Assembly: GCA_027306595.1 (NCBI GenBank)
Contig: DAHUZI010000004.1
Coordinates: 19,380 to 83,379, forward strand
DNA from: Candidatus Dormiibacterota bacterium
GTDB taxonomy: Bacteria; Chloroflexota; Dormibacteria; Aeolococcales; Bog-877
DNA: 64,000 nt
Direction of reading: 5' to 3'
Under the pieces are notes generated by a model, which did not search any database, was not told where the DNA came from, and saw nothing but the letters and a program-made list of their open reading frames with translations. Positions 19,207-29,695 of this stretch are shown here, piece by piece; position 1 is the first letter of the stretch, and each line of letters starts with the position of its first letter. Both the position numbers and the translations under genes were made by a program.

Positions 19207-20640
19207 GTGGCGACCGCGGACCCGACGGCGCTGGACCGGTGGCTGGACGGACACCAGCGCGAGCTGCTCCGCGAGCTCACCAGCTGGCTTCGGATCCCCA
19301 GCGTCAGCGCTGACCCCGCGCATGCCGACGACGTGCGGCGGTCGGCGGAGTTCCTCGCCGCCGCGGCCCGGGCGGCCGGCTTCCCCCGCGCCGAGGTGTG
19401 GGAGACCGGCGGCCACCCCGCGGTCTTCGCCGAGCGCCTCGAGGATCCGGCTCTCTCGACCGTCCTCGTCTACGCCCACCACGACGTCCAGCCGGCCGAT
19501 CCGCTCGAGGAGTGGACGACCCCGCCGTTCGACCCGGTCGTGGCCGACGGCGAGCTGCGGGCGCGCGGGGCTGCCGACGACAAGCAGAACGCGCTCATGC
19601 ACCTCGAGGCGGTGCGCGCGCACCTGGCGGTGGAGGGACGGCTGCCCCTCAACCTCAAGCTCCTGGTCGAGGGCGAGGAGGAGTCGGGCTCACCCCACTT
19701 CGACACTCTCCTGCGGGACCACCGGTCCGAGCTGGCGGCCGACGTCGCCGTCATCAGCGACACCGGCATGCTGGGTCCGGAGGCGCCCGCGCTCACCATC
19801 GGCCTGCGGGGGATGGTCTACTGGGAGGTGCGGGTCGCCGGGCCGGTCCGTGACCTGCACTCCGGCCTCTACGGCGGAGCCGTCGCCAACCCGGTCGTCG
19901 GCCTGGCCGAGCTCCTCGCCGGGCTCCACGATGCCGACCGGCGGGTGGCGGTCCCCGGCTTCTACGACCGGGTCCGGGAGCCGGGGCCGGCCGAGCGCCG
20001 AGCGCTCGCCGCCGTCCCCTTCGATACCGAGGCCTTCCTCAGCGATGCCGGGGTCCCGGCCCCCGCCGGGGAGGCGGGCTGGACCACCTACGAGCGCCGG
20101 ACCGTGCGCCCGACCCTGGACATCTGCGGGATCTGGGGCGGCTACACCGGCGCGGGCGCGAAGACGATCATCCCCGCCCGCTGCGGGGCCAAGCTGTCGG
20201 CCCGGCTGGTGCCCGACCAGGACCCAGGCGCCATCGCCGAGCTGGTGCGGCGCCATCTGCTGGACCGGGCGCCAGTCGGGCTCACGACCGAGGTCGACGT
20301 CCTGTCGACCGGACGGTGGGTGAGCGCGGCCACCGACCACCCCGCGGTTCAGGCCGCATCCCGGGCCGTCGCCCAGGTGTGGGGCCGGCCGCCCAGCCTG
20401 GTCCGCGAGGGAGGGAGCATCCCGCCGGTGGCCTCGATCGCCGACCAGCTCCAGGTCGCCTGCGTCCTCTTCGGGGTGGGGCTCCCGGACGACCGGTTCC
20501 ACGCTCCCAACGAGCGGCTGCGGCTGGAGCAGCTGCACCGCGGGGTGCGCGCTACGGTCCGGCTCTGGAATGAGCTCGGCGCGATCCCGCCCGGGGCGCT
20601 GCGGCCCACCCGGGCCGCGGAGGCGGTGGCCGGCCCCTGA
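19207..20640 (+). CDS. M20-family dipeptidase/peptidase
   Basis: YAHHDVQPAD, GAADDKQN and EGEEESGSP metal-binding motifs. Confidence 0.85.
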   Translation: MATADPTALDRWLDGHQRELLRELTSWLRIPSVSADPAHADDVRRSAEFLAAAARAAGFPRAEVWETGGHPAVFAERLEDPALSTVLVYAHHDVQPADPLEEWTTPPFDPVVADGELRARGAADDKQNALMHLEAVRAHLAVEGRLPLNLKLLVEGEEESGSPHFDTLLRDHRSELAADVAVISDTGMLGPEAPALTIGLRGMVYWEVRVAGPVRDLHSGLYGGAVANPVVGLAELLAGLHDADRRVAVPGFYDRVREPGPAERRALAAVPFDTEAFLSDAGVPAPAGEAGWTTYERRTVRPTLDICGIWGGYTGAGAKTIIPARCGAKLSARLVPDQDPGAIAELVRRHLLDRAPVGLTTEVDVLSTGRWVSAATDHPAVQAASRAVAQVWGRPPSLVREGGSIPPVASIADQLQVACVLFGVGLPDDRFHAPNERLRLEQLHRGVRATVRLWNELGAIPPGALRPTRAAEAVAGP

Positions 20641-20664
20641 CCGTGGCCGCGGCGGGGCCCCTGG

Positions 20665-21321
20665 TCAGCCGCCCCGGCGGGGCCAGAGCGCCCGCGGACG
20701 AGGCGCCCGCCAGTGCCGCCACACCGCCAGGGTCCGCAGCCCGAACACCGCCAACACGGCGGCGGCGGCGGCGCCGGTCCCGTACCGGTGGGTGTAGGCG
20801 GCGGCGACCACGATCACGCAGCCGAGGCACGCGGGCACCGCGTACAGCTCGGAATCCTCACGCACCACGACCGGGACGTCGCCGGCCACCAGGTCGCGCA
20901 GGATCCCCCCTCCGATCCCGGTCGTGATCCCCACCCCGATCGCCGGCAGGGGACCGAGGTGGTGAGCCAGCGCCGCCGCCGTCCCGGCGATCACGAACAG
21001 CGCCAGCCCGGCCGCGTCGAAGAGGAGGACGGCTGGCTTGAGCCGCTCGAGCTGGGGCGCGGCGACGAAGGTCACCGCGGCGGCGGCAAGCGCCACCGCC
21101 AAGTAGGTCGGGGTGCGGAACGCGAGCGGCGGGGTCCGACCCAGCAGCAGGTCGCGGATCACGCCGCCACCGACCGCGGTGATGGCGGCGAGGATGATGA
21201 GCCCGACCAGGTCGAACCGCTTCCGCACCGCCAGGAGGGCGCCGGAGACGGCGAAGGCGAAGGTGCCGGTGAGGTCCAGGGCCGACTGGAGCGCCGGGTC
21301 GAGCGGAACCTGGGCGGTCAT
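20665..21321 (-). CDS. UPF0126/TRIC-family membrane protein
   Basis: Duplicated GTFAFAVSGA-type motif and an all-hydrophobic body of 218 aa. Confidence 0.75.
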   Translation of the reverse strand: MTAQVPLDPALQSALDLTGTFAFAVSGALLAVRKRFDLVGLIILAAITAVGGGVIRDLLLGRTPPLAFRTPTYLAVALAAAAVTFVAAPQLERLKPAVLLFDAAGLALFVIAGTAAALAHHLGPLPAIGVGITTGIGGGILRDLVAGDVPVVVREDSELYAVPACLGCVIVVAAAYTHRYGTGAAAAAVLAVFGLRTLAVWRHWRAPRPRALWPRRGG

Positions 21322-21635
21322 CTGGGCCGGACCCGCGCGCTCCGGCTCGGGGCTGGCTTGGGGCTGTGCGCCGGGCGGGCCGGCCCACCACGTCGGGGCA
21401 CGCCGGCGAGTCTAGTGGACCTCGACGTTCGTGACCCGGGCGCAGCGCGCGCCGAGGTCGGGGCCGCAGGCGCAATCGAGGGGCTCCTCCGGGGTGCCGC
21501 TGACGGTGCCGGAGGGGAGGGCGGCGTTCTCGTCTCGCGTGGTCGACGCCGGGTCGATGGCGAAGCCGACGGGGCGGGCGTGACCGCCGTCCCGGGTTCT
21601 GAACCGGCTCTACCCCGAGCGGCCGTCCCCCGCGC

Positions 21636-22544
21636 TCACCTCCCAACCGGGCCTGGTGGGGCGCCAGGCCGCAACGGCGCCCGCACCAGCTCGGCGAAGG
21701 CGCGCGCGGCGGCCGACGGCGACCGTCCGGTCGGGGTCGCCAGCCGCACCCGCGACTCCGGCGCGCCCGCCACCGGCCTCAGCTGAAGGCCCCGGGTGCT
21801 GGCCACCATCGAGCGCGGCAGCAGGCTGACGCCGAACCCGGCGCGGACGAGGTCGAGCCCGGTGGTCACCTCAGGCACCTCGACGGCGATGCGCCGCACG
21901 ATTCCAGCCCCGGCGAAGGCCTGGTCGACGAGCGCCCGGGTGCCCCAGCCCGGGGGATGCTCGACGAAGCCCAGGCCTCGGAGCTGCTCCAGCCGGACCA
22001 CGGGGCCGCAGGGCACCTCGGCCTTCGCGCTCGCGACCCAGACGATCGGCTCGCGCGCCAGGAGGAGGAGGTCGATGCCGTCGGTGGCGACCCCGGGGAT
22101 GGAGTCGATCGCCACGTCGAGCTCGCCGCCGCGGACATCCTCGACCATCTCCCCGTCCCCGCCGCGCGCGGCGGGGACGGATCTCGACCGCCGGATGGCG
22201 GCGGCGGAACTCGACCAACCACGCCGCGAGGTCGACGAGGCGGAAGGACTGCATGAGCCCGATGCGCAGGGTTCCGGAGACGACCCCGCGCACGGCGTCG
22301 ACGGCGTCGCGGGCAGCGGCGGCCGCGGCCAGGGTGCGGCGCGCCTCCGGCAGGAGCGCCCGGCCGGCGTCGGTGAGCCGGACCCGGTGGGTGGTGCGGT
22401 CGAGCGGGGTGGCGCCGAGCTGGCGCTCGAGCGTGCGCACCGAGACGACACCGCCGACTGGACGAGGTGCACCCGATCGGCGGCACGGGTGATGGTCGCG
22501 GTCGCGGCGACGGCCACGACGTGCTCGAGCGGACGCCGCTGCAC
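21636..22544 (-). pseudogene. LysR-family transcriptional regulator disrupted by two compensating frameshifts
   Basis: The HTH (RPLEHVVAVAATATITRAADRVHLVQSAVS) and the C-terminal effector domain are in one frame. The intervening RTLERQLGAT...GTLRIGLMQS...HPAVEIR segment is in another. The shifts are near 22436 and 22165, the latter in a 4-nt homopolymer. Confidence 0.6.
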
Positions 22545-22668
22545 CGGCGTGCCCTCAGGGGGCTGATATCAAGCACAGGCATGACCGATGTCATCGCCTG
22601 TCGCTTGACGGCATGAAGTCCGCCGCCGACCCTGACGACAGCGCAGGTCCTACCCGGAAAGGTTCCCG

Positions 22669-23838
22669 ATGACCCGCGCACCGCTCGCCGCTTGTGTCCC
22701 CGCCGCGTCGTGCCGCCACTTGACCGTCGGCTTCTGGGTGGTCGCGGCGGTGTTCGCGGTCGTGATTGCCGAGGGTGCCGTCTCGACTCCTCTCTACGTC
22801 CTCTCCCAGCACCGGGACGGCCTCTCCTACCTGCTCGTCGCCGTGGTCGTCGCCGCCTACGCGGTCGGGGCGATCGCGAGCCTCCTCCTCGGCGGCCACG
22901 TCTCCGACTGGGTCGGGCGACGGCGCGTCCTGGTCCCGGCGCTCGTCGCCAGCGCGGGGAGCGCCTCGGTCATTGCCGCCTGGCCGAGCCTCATCGGCCT
23001 CCTCGCCGGTCGAGTCCTCGCCGGGCTCGCCGTCGGGTCACCACCGCGACCGCGACCGCGACCGCGTACCGCACCGATCTCGGCGCCGCGGCGCGGCCGG
23101 GCCGCGGCGGCGGGCGCGCCGAGATTGCGGCCACCGGCGCCAACCTCGGCGGGATCGGGCTCGGTCCGCTCGTCGCTGGGCTCCTGGCCCAGTTCGCGCC
23201 CGCCCCCCTCCAGCTGCCGTACCTGGTGATGGGCGCCACCCACCTCCTGCTGGCGGGGCACTCCTCGCGACCCCCGAGACGCGCCGCCGACCCGACCGCC
23301 CGCTCCGGTGGCGGCCCCAGCGGATCGCGGTCCCGGACGCCGAGCGCGGTCTCCTCCTCGCCGCCGCGACGCTGGGGCTCGCCACGATCGCGGTCTTTGG
23401 GCTGCTCACCGCGCTGACGCCGAGGCTCCTCGCCGGCACGCTCGCGATCACCAGCCACGCCGTCGCCGGAGCCGTGCCCTGCGCGGGCTTGGCCGCGGGC
23501 GCGCTCGCCCAGGTGATGGCGGGGCACCTCGGCGACCGAGCGGTCCTGCGCGCGCAGCGCGCCCCTCATCGCCGCCGGCCGGGGGCTGGGCGGCGGTTTT
23601 CGCCGGCTTCTTCCTCGTTGCGTACCTCGGGCTGGTCGTGCCCGTCGTGGGGCTCGGCGTGGCGACGCTGCGCCTGCCCTCGCGTCTGGCCGTGCTGGTC
23701 GGCGCCGCGGTCATCGCCGGGCTCGTCCTGGGGGCGTCCCGGGCGGTGCTCCGTCGGGTCGCCAGGACCGCCGCGGGACACCATCTCCGGCGGGCGGCGT
23801 GGGCGGGGGGCGGTCCGGGGCGCCACCCGGCCGGGTGA
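22669..23838 (+). pseudogene. MFS transporter with at least 3 frameshifts; divergent from the LysR gene
   Basis: TM1-4 and the GRVLAGLAVG motif are in frame 1. TATATAYRTDL...LGGIGLGPLVAG is in frame 2. Later TM helices are in two further frames. The shifts sit at G-runs. Confidence 0.6.
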
Positions 23839-24037
23839 AAATCACCCCAGTGGGCGATGACGGCCGGGCCCGATCGGGATACCCTCAGCCCGCGGGGCCA
23901 TAGCGACGTCCCGGAGGGGGGCGGAGCTGACGGTGCGGGTCGCCCCGGCCCGCGCCGTTCGGCCCCGTATTGTCGGCCCGCACCCCGGGTGCGGGCCGAC
24001 CGGCCCCGCCCGCGGGCGGCTCCGGGCGGCTCGGTGC

Positions 24038-25468
24038 TCAGGTCGCCGTGCCCGCCAGGACCGCCCGCTCGCTGCGGGTGAGGGCGGTGTCCTCCCCGGG
24101 GTTGACCCACCGTCCGCCGTGATGGACCTGGATCAGCTCGTCGGCGCCGTCGGGCCCCCAACTCCCCGGCCGGTACGGCTCGGGGTGGCCCTCCGACTCC
24201 CATGCGGCGATCAGGGGATCGACGAGCTCCCAGGAGCGGTCGATCTCGTCCCCGCCGGGGAAGACCGTGTGACCACCGGCCAGAACCTCGCTCAGGACGT
24301 GCTCGTAGGCGTCGGGCAGGGCCGCCCGGGAGAGGCGCGAGTACTCGAGGTGCATCCCGGCCGGCACCATCTCGAAGCGCCGGCCCGGCAGCTTCGCCCC
24401 GATCCGAAGCGTGATCCCCTCTTCGGGCTGGATCCGGATCGTGAGGACCGTGGGGATCGGTCGCTGGCGGCGGCTGTCGAGGCGCAGCTGGGGCGCCTCC
24501 CGGAAGCGGATCACGACCTCCGTCAGCCGCCGGCGGAGCGCCTTTCCGGTGCGCACGAAGATCGGAACGCCGTCCCAGCGCCAGTTCTCGATCGTGAGCG
24601 CCGCGGCGGCGAACGTCTCGCGCCGCGAGGACGGGGGGACGTCCGCCTCGTCGAGGTAGCCGTCGTACTGGCCGCGGACCGCCTGGGCGGGGTCGAGGGG
24701 GCGGACCGCCCGCAGGACCTCGAGCTTGGCCTTGCGGATGTCGGCCGGGTCCAGCGTGGTGGGGGGCTCCATCGCCACCAGGGAGAGGAGCTGGAGGACG
24801 TGGTTCTGGAGCATGTCGCGGACCGCGCCCATGGCGTCGTAGTAGCCGGCCCGGGTGCCGATCCCCTCGGCCTCAGCGGCCGTGATCTGGACGCTCTGAA
24901 CCAGGGTCCGGCTCCAGATCGCCTCAAAGATGCTGTTGCTGAAGCGGAAGGCGAGGACATTCTGGACCGTGTCCTTGGCGAGGTAGTGGTCGATCCGGAA
25001 GATCTGAGGCTCCTGGAAGCACTCCCGCAGCTTGCGATTGAGCTCGCGCGAGCTGGCGAGGTCGCGGCCCAGCGGCTTCTCCACCACGATCCGGCGCCGC
25101 CGGTTGCCGTGCTCGGCCAGCCCGGCGCGGGCGAGGGCGTCGATGATGGGCCCGAAGGTGGGCGGGGGGGTGGCGAGGTAGAAGACGATGGTCGGCGTGC
25201 TCGCGGTCAGCTCCCGGATCGCCCCGTACGTGTCCGGCGCGGCCGGGTCGGCCGTGACCCACTCGGCCGTCTCGGCGAGCCGATCGGTCCGGGGCGAGCG
25301 CCGCAGCTGGTCGCGGAACGTCTCGCGAGACAGCTCGCTGCGCCCCGACCCGATCACCCGGACGGGTTCGTCCACCTCGCCGCGCGCCAGCAGCGCCTGG
25401 AGCGCGGGAAGGACCTTGCGGTGGCTGAGGTCGCCGCCGGCTCCGAACAGGACCAGATCGGTGCCCAC
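24038..25468 (-). CDS. zwf: glucose-6-phosphate 1-dehydrogenase
   Basis: DLVLFGAGGDLSHRKVLPAL N-terminus and RIDHYLAKDTVQN active-site motif. Start chosen at GTG 25468. Confidence 0.85.
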   Translation of the reverse strand: MGTDLVLFGAGGDLSHRKVLPALQALLARGEVDEPVRVIGSGRSELSRETFRDQLRRSPRTDRLAETAEWVTADPAAPDTYGAIRELTASTPTIVFYLATPPPTFGPIIDALARAGLAEHGNRRRRIVVEKPLGRDLASSRELNRKLRECFQEPQIFRIDHYLAKDTVQNVLAFRFSNSIFEAIWSRTLVQSVQITAAEAEGIGTRAGYYDAMGAVRDMLQNHVLQLLSLVAMEPPTTLDPADIRKAKLEVLRAVRPLDPAQAVRGQYDGYLDEADVPPSSRRETFAAAALTIENWRWDGVPIFVRTGKALRRRLTEVVIRFREAPQLRLDSRRQRPIPTVLTIRIQPEEGITLRIGAKLPGRRFEMVPAGMHLEYSRLSRAALPDAYEHVLSEVLAGGHTVFPGGDEIDRSWELVDPLIAAWESEGHPEPYRPGSWGPDGADELIQVHHGGRWVNPGEDTALTRSERAVLAGTAT

Positions 25469-25475
25469 GTCCCCA

Positions 25476-26131
25476 TGATGCCCGAAGCCGGCGGGGCCGG
25501 TGAGCCGGCCGCGCCGCCCGGGTGCCCCGGTGCACGGGACGGGCGGAGCGGGCGGGAGGCCAGGCTGCGCCCCCTTCTCCTCGCCTACCTCGACTGCCTG
25601 TACCGGGCCGCCGGCGACCTCAACCTCACCCGGATCCCCAGGGCCCAGGCCTGGGAGCGCCACGTGCTCGAGTCGCTCGCTGTCCTCGACGCGGCTCCGA
25701 TCCCCCGCGGGGCCGATGTTGTCGACCTCGGCTCCGGGGCCGGGGTCCCGGGGATCCCGCTCGCGATCGCCCGCCCCGACCTCCACCTCGTCCTCCTCGA
25801 GAAGAGCCCCCGCAAGGGCGCGTTCCTCGCCGCGACCGTCGCCGAGCTCGGCCTGCCCCGGGTGCGGGTCGTGGTCGCGGGGGCGACCCCCGGCGGCGCG
25901 CCGGGGGTCGCCCCCGCGGACCTCGTGGTGTCCCGGGCCTGCGCGGGGCCGGTCGAGCTCGTGCGGCTGGCGATGCCGCTGCTGCGGCCCGGCGGCCGAC
26001 TGCTCGCCCACGTCGGCGCGAGCGCCCGGGTGACCCCGGCGCTCCGGCAGGCCGCGCGGGCGGCGGGGGGCGGACCCCCCGTGATCCAGGCCGTGCCGCC
26101 GGTCCGTCTCCTTGGCGTGCGGCGGCGGTGA
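25476..26131 (+). CDS. rsmG: 16S rRNA (guanine527-N7)-methyltransferase RsmG
   Basis: NLTRI...ERHVLESL...DLGSGAGVPGIPLAIARPD. It is the C-terminal part of the chimeric ORF 23933..26131. ATG 25476 is the only in-frame start. Confidence 0.75.
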
Positions 26132-26195
26132 GGCCGTGCCGGCAGGGGGACCCCGGCGCGCCGGATCGCCCCTCCGGGCGCCATGGTGACCCCGC

Positions 26196-27431
26196 TCACG
26201 CAGGGGAGCGGGCGAGCTCGCGCAGGTCGGTCGCCGGCGACGCCAGTCGCTCGGCGGCGACCGGGCGCCGCCCGGCGATCAGCTCCCGGCCGAATCGGAT
26301 CGCCTTCGGCTCGCCGACGGCCAGCACCGCGTCGATGAGCCCGCCGGCGAGGTAGAAGACGGCGAACGGGGGCCGGTCGCCCTCCCCCCGCCACACGGCC
26401 TGCTCGAAGCCGCTCACGTGGCCCACCATCTCGATCCGGACGTCGTACTGCTCGGACCAGAACCAGGGCAGCTCCGTGTACGGCCGGGGCCCGCCCACCA
26501 GCCCCGGCCCCAGCCAGCGACCCTGGTGGCGGGCCACCTGCCAGTGCTCGGCGCGCACCCGTCGGTTGTAGACCGGGTGGAGGTGGGCGGCGATGTCGCC
26601 GACGCAGGCGATGTCCGGCGCCGCCTGGAGCGAGGCGTCGACGAACACCCCGCCGCTGCCGAGCGGCAGCCCCAGCTGGCGGGCGATCTCCAGGTTGGGC
26701 GCGAGGCCGACCGCCACCAGCACGGCGTCGACCGCCTCCCGCTTCCCGGTCGTGAGCTCCACTGCCCCGACCCGGCCCGCCCGGACCGTCCAGCTGCGGA
26801 TTCCACAGCCGGTGCGCAGGTCGACGCCGTGCCGCCGGTGGACGGCCGCGAACACCGCCCCCACCCTCTCGCCCAGCGCGTGACCGAGCGGCACCGGGGC
26901 GGCCTCGACCAGGAGGACCTCGTGCCCCTGCGCCCGCATCGAGGCGGCGACCTCCGCTCCGATGAAGCCGGCGCCGACCACGAGGAGCCGTTCGACCCCG
27001 CCCAGGGCGGCCCGCAGCGCGATGGCGTCGTCGAGCGTGCGCAGCATGAAGACGTTGTCGGCCGGGGGCGCGCCGGGCAGCGCCCGGGGCGCCCCCCCGG
27101 TGGCGAGCACCAGCCGGTGGAAGCGGAGCCGGCGGCCGTCGTCGAGCGTGATGGTCGACCGCCGGCGGTCGGCGGCCACAGCCGCGTGGCCCCCGATCCA
27201 CTCGATGTCCAGGCCGGCATAGCTGTCGGATGGGCGCAGGAAGACCCGCTCCATCGCCACCTCACCCCGCAGGAACCCCTTGGAGAGCAGCGGCCGCTCG
27301 TAGGCGGAGTGGGGGTCGGCGCCGACCAGCACCAGCCGCCCCGCGTAGCCGGCGGCGCGGATCGAGTCGACCGCGGCGTCGCCCCCGGCCCCCGCGCCGA
27401 CCACGACCACGGGCGCCGCCGCCGGGGCCAT
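26196..27431 (-). CDS. NAD(P)/FAD-dependent oxidoreductase (ferredoxin/rubredoxin reductase family)
   Basis: VVVVGAGAGG and LVVGAGFIGAE dinucleotide-binding motifs. Start taken at MAPAAAP. Confidence 0.8.
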   Translation of the reverse strand: MAPAAAPVVVVGAGAGGDAAVDSIRAAGYAGRLVLVGADPHSAYERPLLSKGFLRGEVAMERVFLRPSDSYAGLDIEWIGGHAAVAADRRRSTITLDDGRRLRFHRLVLATGGAPRALPGAPPADNVFMLRTLDDAIALRAALGGVERLLVVGAGFIGAEVAASMRAQGHEVLLVEAAPVPLGHALGERVGAVFAAVHRRHGVDLRTGCGIRSWTVRAGRVGAVELTTGKREAVDAVLVAVGLAPNLEIARQLGLPLGSGGVFVDASLQAAPDIACVGDIAAHLHPVYNRRVRAEHWQVARHQGRWLGPGLVGGPRPYTELPWFWSEQYDVRIEMVGHVSGFEQAVWRGEGDRPPFAVFYLAGGLIDAVLAVGEPKAIRFGRELIAGRRPVAAERLASPATDLRELARSPA

Positions 27432-27468
27432 CCTTCGCTGCCCGAGGCTGCCGGACCGGGCCGCCCCG

Positions 27469-27741
27469 TTAGTCCGGCATCCCCTCGGTGACCCAGCGCC
27501 GGAGCTGGTCCACACGGGTCGTCGGCCATTCCCCGTCGCAGGGCATCTCGCCCGACTCGACCGTGCGCAGGATGTCGGCCGAGTTGGCTCGCACGTCCTC
27601 CACCTCCCAGAGGTCGAAGTGCGACTCCATCGCCTCCCGGTCCGACGCCCGGAAGAGCCCCTTGATGTCGCGCGCAAAGCTCAGCTGGTCGGCCACAGAG
27701 CGGTCCTCCTCTGGGTTCGGCTCGATCTCCGGAGCCGGCAC
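27469..27741 (-). CDS. small acidic hypothetical protein (90 aa)
   Basis: Balanced composition. Sits tightly between hutI and the reductase on the same strand. Confidence 0.45.
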   Translation of the reverse strand: MPAPEIEPNPEEDRSVADQLSFARDIKGLFRASDREAMESHFDLWEVEDVRANSADILRTVESGEMPCDGEWPTTRVDQLRRWVTEGMPD

Positions 27742-27791
27742 CGGCCCAGCCTACACCGGGATCTGGCCCGGGTCACCCTCCCCGGCCGCGC

Positions 27792-29054
27792 TCAGACCGC
27801 ATCGCCCCCGCGCCACACCCGCCAGGGTCGGAGCCCCATCGCCCAGGCGAACGCGCCCTCGTGCTCGGCCTCCCAGGCCACGAGGTCGGCGCGCGACCCG
27901 ACCTCGATCCGGCCACGGTCGCCGAGGTGGAGGGAGGCCGCCCCACCCCTGGTGGCGGCGGCCAGCGCCTCGTCGACCGACAGCCCCAACTCGAGGACGG
28001 CAAGGGCGACGACCAGGCTCATGCTGGTCGTCCCCGATGTGCCTGGGTTGTGATCGGTGCCCAATGCCACCGCTACCCCCGCGTCGAGGAGCAGCCGGGC
28101 CGGCGGGCACCGGCCCATCGCCAGCGCCGTCACCGGGCAGAGCGTGGCGACCACCCCCGCCCGCGCGAGCGCCCCCGCGTCGGCCGGCTCGGCCCGCAGG
28201 AGGTGGTCGGCCGAGACGCAGCCGAGCTGCGCGGCGAGCTGCGCGCCTCCGGTCCGGGCGAGCTCGTCCGCGTGGATGCGAAGGCGCAGGCCGGCGGCGC
28301 GTCCCGCGAGGAGCAGCCGTCGCGCCGCCGCCACCGTGAATGCGCCCTCATCACAGAAGACGTCGCAGAACTCGGCGCCGGCGCGTGCGGCCGCCGAGCA
28401 CCAGCCGGCCGCGGCCTCCACGTACGCGTCGGCCGTGCCGGTCCAGTCCGGGGGGAGGGCGTGGGCGGGCATGAAGGTCACGACCAGCCTGGGCAGGCCA
28501 GGGTGGTCGCGGAGCCGGCGCAAGCGGGCGACGTCGGCGAGTTCACCGTCCTCGTCGAGGTGGTAGCCGGTCTTGGCCTCGACCGTGGTCGTGCCGCCTC
28601 GAATCCAGCCGGCGAGGCGGTCCCGCAGGTCGCCGTCGAGCCGGCCGGGGTCAGCGGCCCGCGTCGCCCGGACGGTGGCGGGGATACCGCCCCCGCCGGC
28701 GGCCAGCTCGGCGTACCGGGCGCCGGCGCTCCGGCGAGCGATCTCCTCGAATCGGTCGCCCGCGTACACCGGGTGGGTGTGGGCGTCGATCAGGCCGGCG
28801 GTGACCAGCCGGCCGCCGCAGTCGACCCGAGCCGGCCCGTCGGGCCCCGCCCCCTCAAGCAGCCGGTCGGGGGGCTGGATCGCCGCCCGCGGGGCCGGTG
28901 CCCCGGGTCGGAGCCCGCCGCACCAGGCGATCCGTCCATCGTCGACCAGGACCGACGCGTGGCTGAGGACGCCTCGGTCCGTGCCCGTGACCAGGCGGCC
29001 GATGGCGTGGAGCAGGGTCGGGCGCGCGGGGTCGGCGACCGCGGCCGGGGTCAC
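27792..29054 (-). CDS. hutI: imidazolonepropionase HutI
   Basis: KTGYHLD...RIHADE...GTDHNPG amidohydrolase/HutI motifs. GTG start chosen near VTPAAV. Confidence 0.85.
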   Translation of the reverse strand: MTPAAVADPARPTLLHAIGRLVTGTDRGVLSHASVLVDDGRIAWCGGLRPGAPAPRAAIQPPDRLLEGAGPDGPARVDCGGRLVTAGLIDAHTHPVYAGDRFEEIARRSAGARYAELAAGGGGIPATVRATRAADPGRLDGDLRDRLAGWIRGGTTTVEAKTGYHLDEDGELADVARLRRLRDHPGLPRLVVTFMPAHALPPDWTGTADAYVEAAAGWCSAAARAGAEFCDVFCDEGAFTVAAARRLLLAGRAAGLRLRIHADELARTGGAQLAAQLGCVSADHLLRAEPADAGALARAGVVATLCPVTALAMGRCPPARLLLDAGVAVALGTDHNPGTSGTTSMSLVVALAVLELGLSVDEALAAATRGGAASLHLGDRGRIEVGSRADLVAWEAEHEGAFAWAMGLRPWRVWRGGDAV

Positions 29055-29194
29055 TCCAGCGGCTCGGTTGGCTGCGGGGCCCCGACGCGGCGGCCCGTCC
29101 CTCCCGTCGGTCCGCGCGTCGGGTCCGGCGCGCACCCGATCCCCCGGCGGCCCATGGCGCCATTATCCCGCCGGCGCGATGGGGGGCGGCCCCG

Positions 29195-29221
29195 TTGACG
29201 GCCGCCGCCCGCGGCCGTCAA
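29195..29221. promoter_or_regulatory. inverted repeat TTGACGGCCG-N7-CGGCCGTCAA in the hutI divergent promoter region
   Basis: 10-bp perfect arms read directly. Confidence 0.3.
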
Positions 29222-29270
29222 GCTCGCCCCGACCCGATCGCCCGATCGGGCGCGCTGCGGAGGGCACGCC

Positions 29271-29648
29271 ATGGCGGCGATGATCGCGATCCAGGGGGAC
29301 GGGCTGCACGTCACGATCGAGGGGTTCGATCGGGTCCTCGCGCTTCGCGTCCACATCGACGTGCCGCTCAGCCACGTCCGATCCGCGCGCGTCGACCCCG
29401 ACAGCGCCCGGGGCATCTTCCACGGCATCAAGATGGCCGGCTCCAACATCCCGGGGGTCGTGACCGCCGGGTCCTACCTCGACCCGGGCCAGGGGACGTG
29501 GAGCTTCTTCGACGTCCACGACCCCGCTCGGGCCATCGTCGTCGAGCTCGACCACGAGCACTATGCCCGCTTGGTCCTGGAGGTGGACGACCCGCCCGGA
29601 ACCGTGGCCGCCATCCAGGCCGCGATCGCGACGCCGGGCGCTCGCTGA
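29271..29648 (+). CDS. hypothetical protein (125 aa)
   Basis: Non-biased composition. ATG start immediately upstream of the ABM-cupin gene. Confidence 0.45.
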   Translation: MAAMIAIQGDGLHVTIEGFDRVLALRVHIDVPLSHVRSARVDPDSARGIFHGIKMAGSNIPGVVTAGSYLDPGQGTWSFFDVHDPARAIVVELDHEHYARLVLEVDDPPGTVAAIQAAIATPGAR

Positions 29649-29695
29649 CCGATGCAAGGGGGCGCCGGGGGGGTCCACGGCCTGCGGGGCGCCGG

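Noticed and set aside
23933-26131. 732-aa + ORF taken as a single gene
   Set aside because: Only the last 218 codons (from ATG 25476) match RsmG. The upstream 1.5 kb is antisense to zwf.
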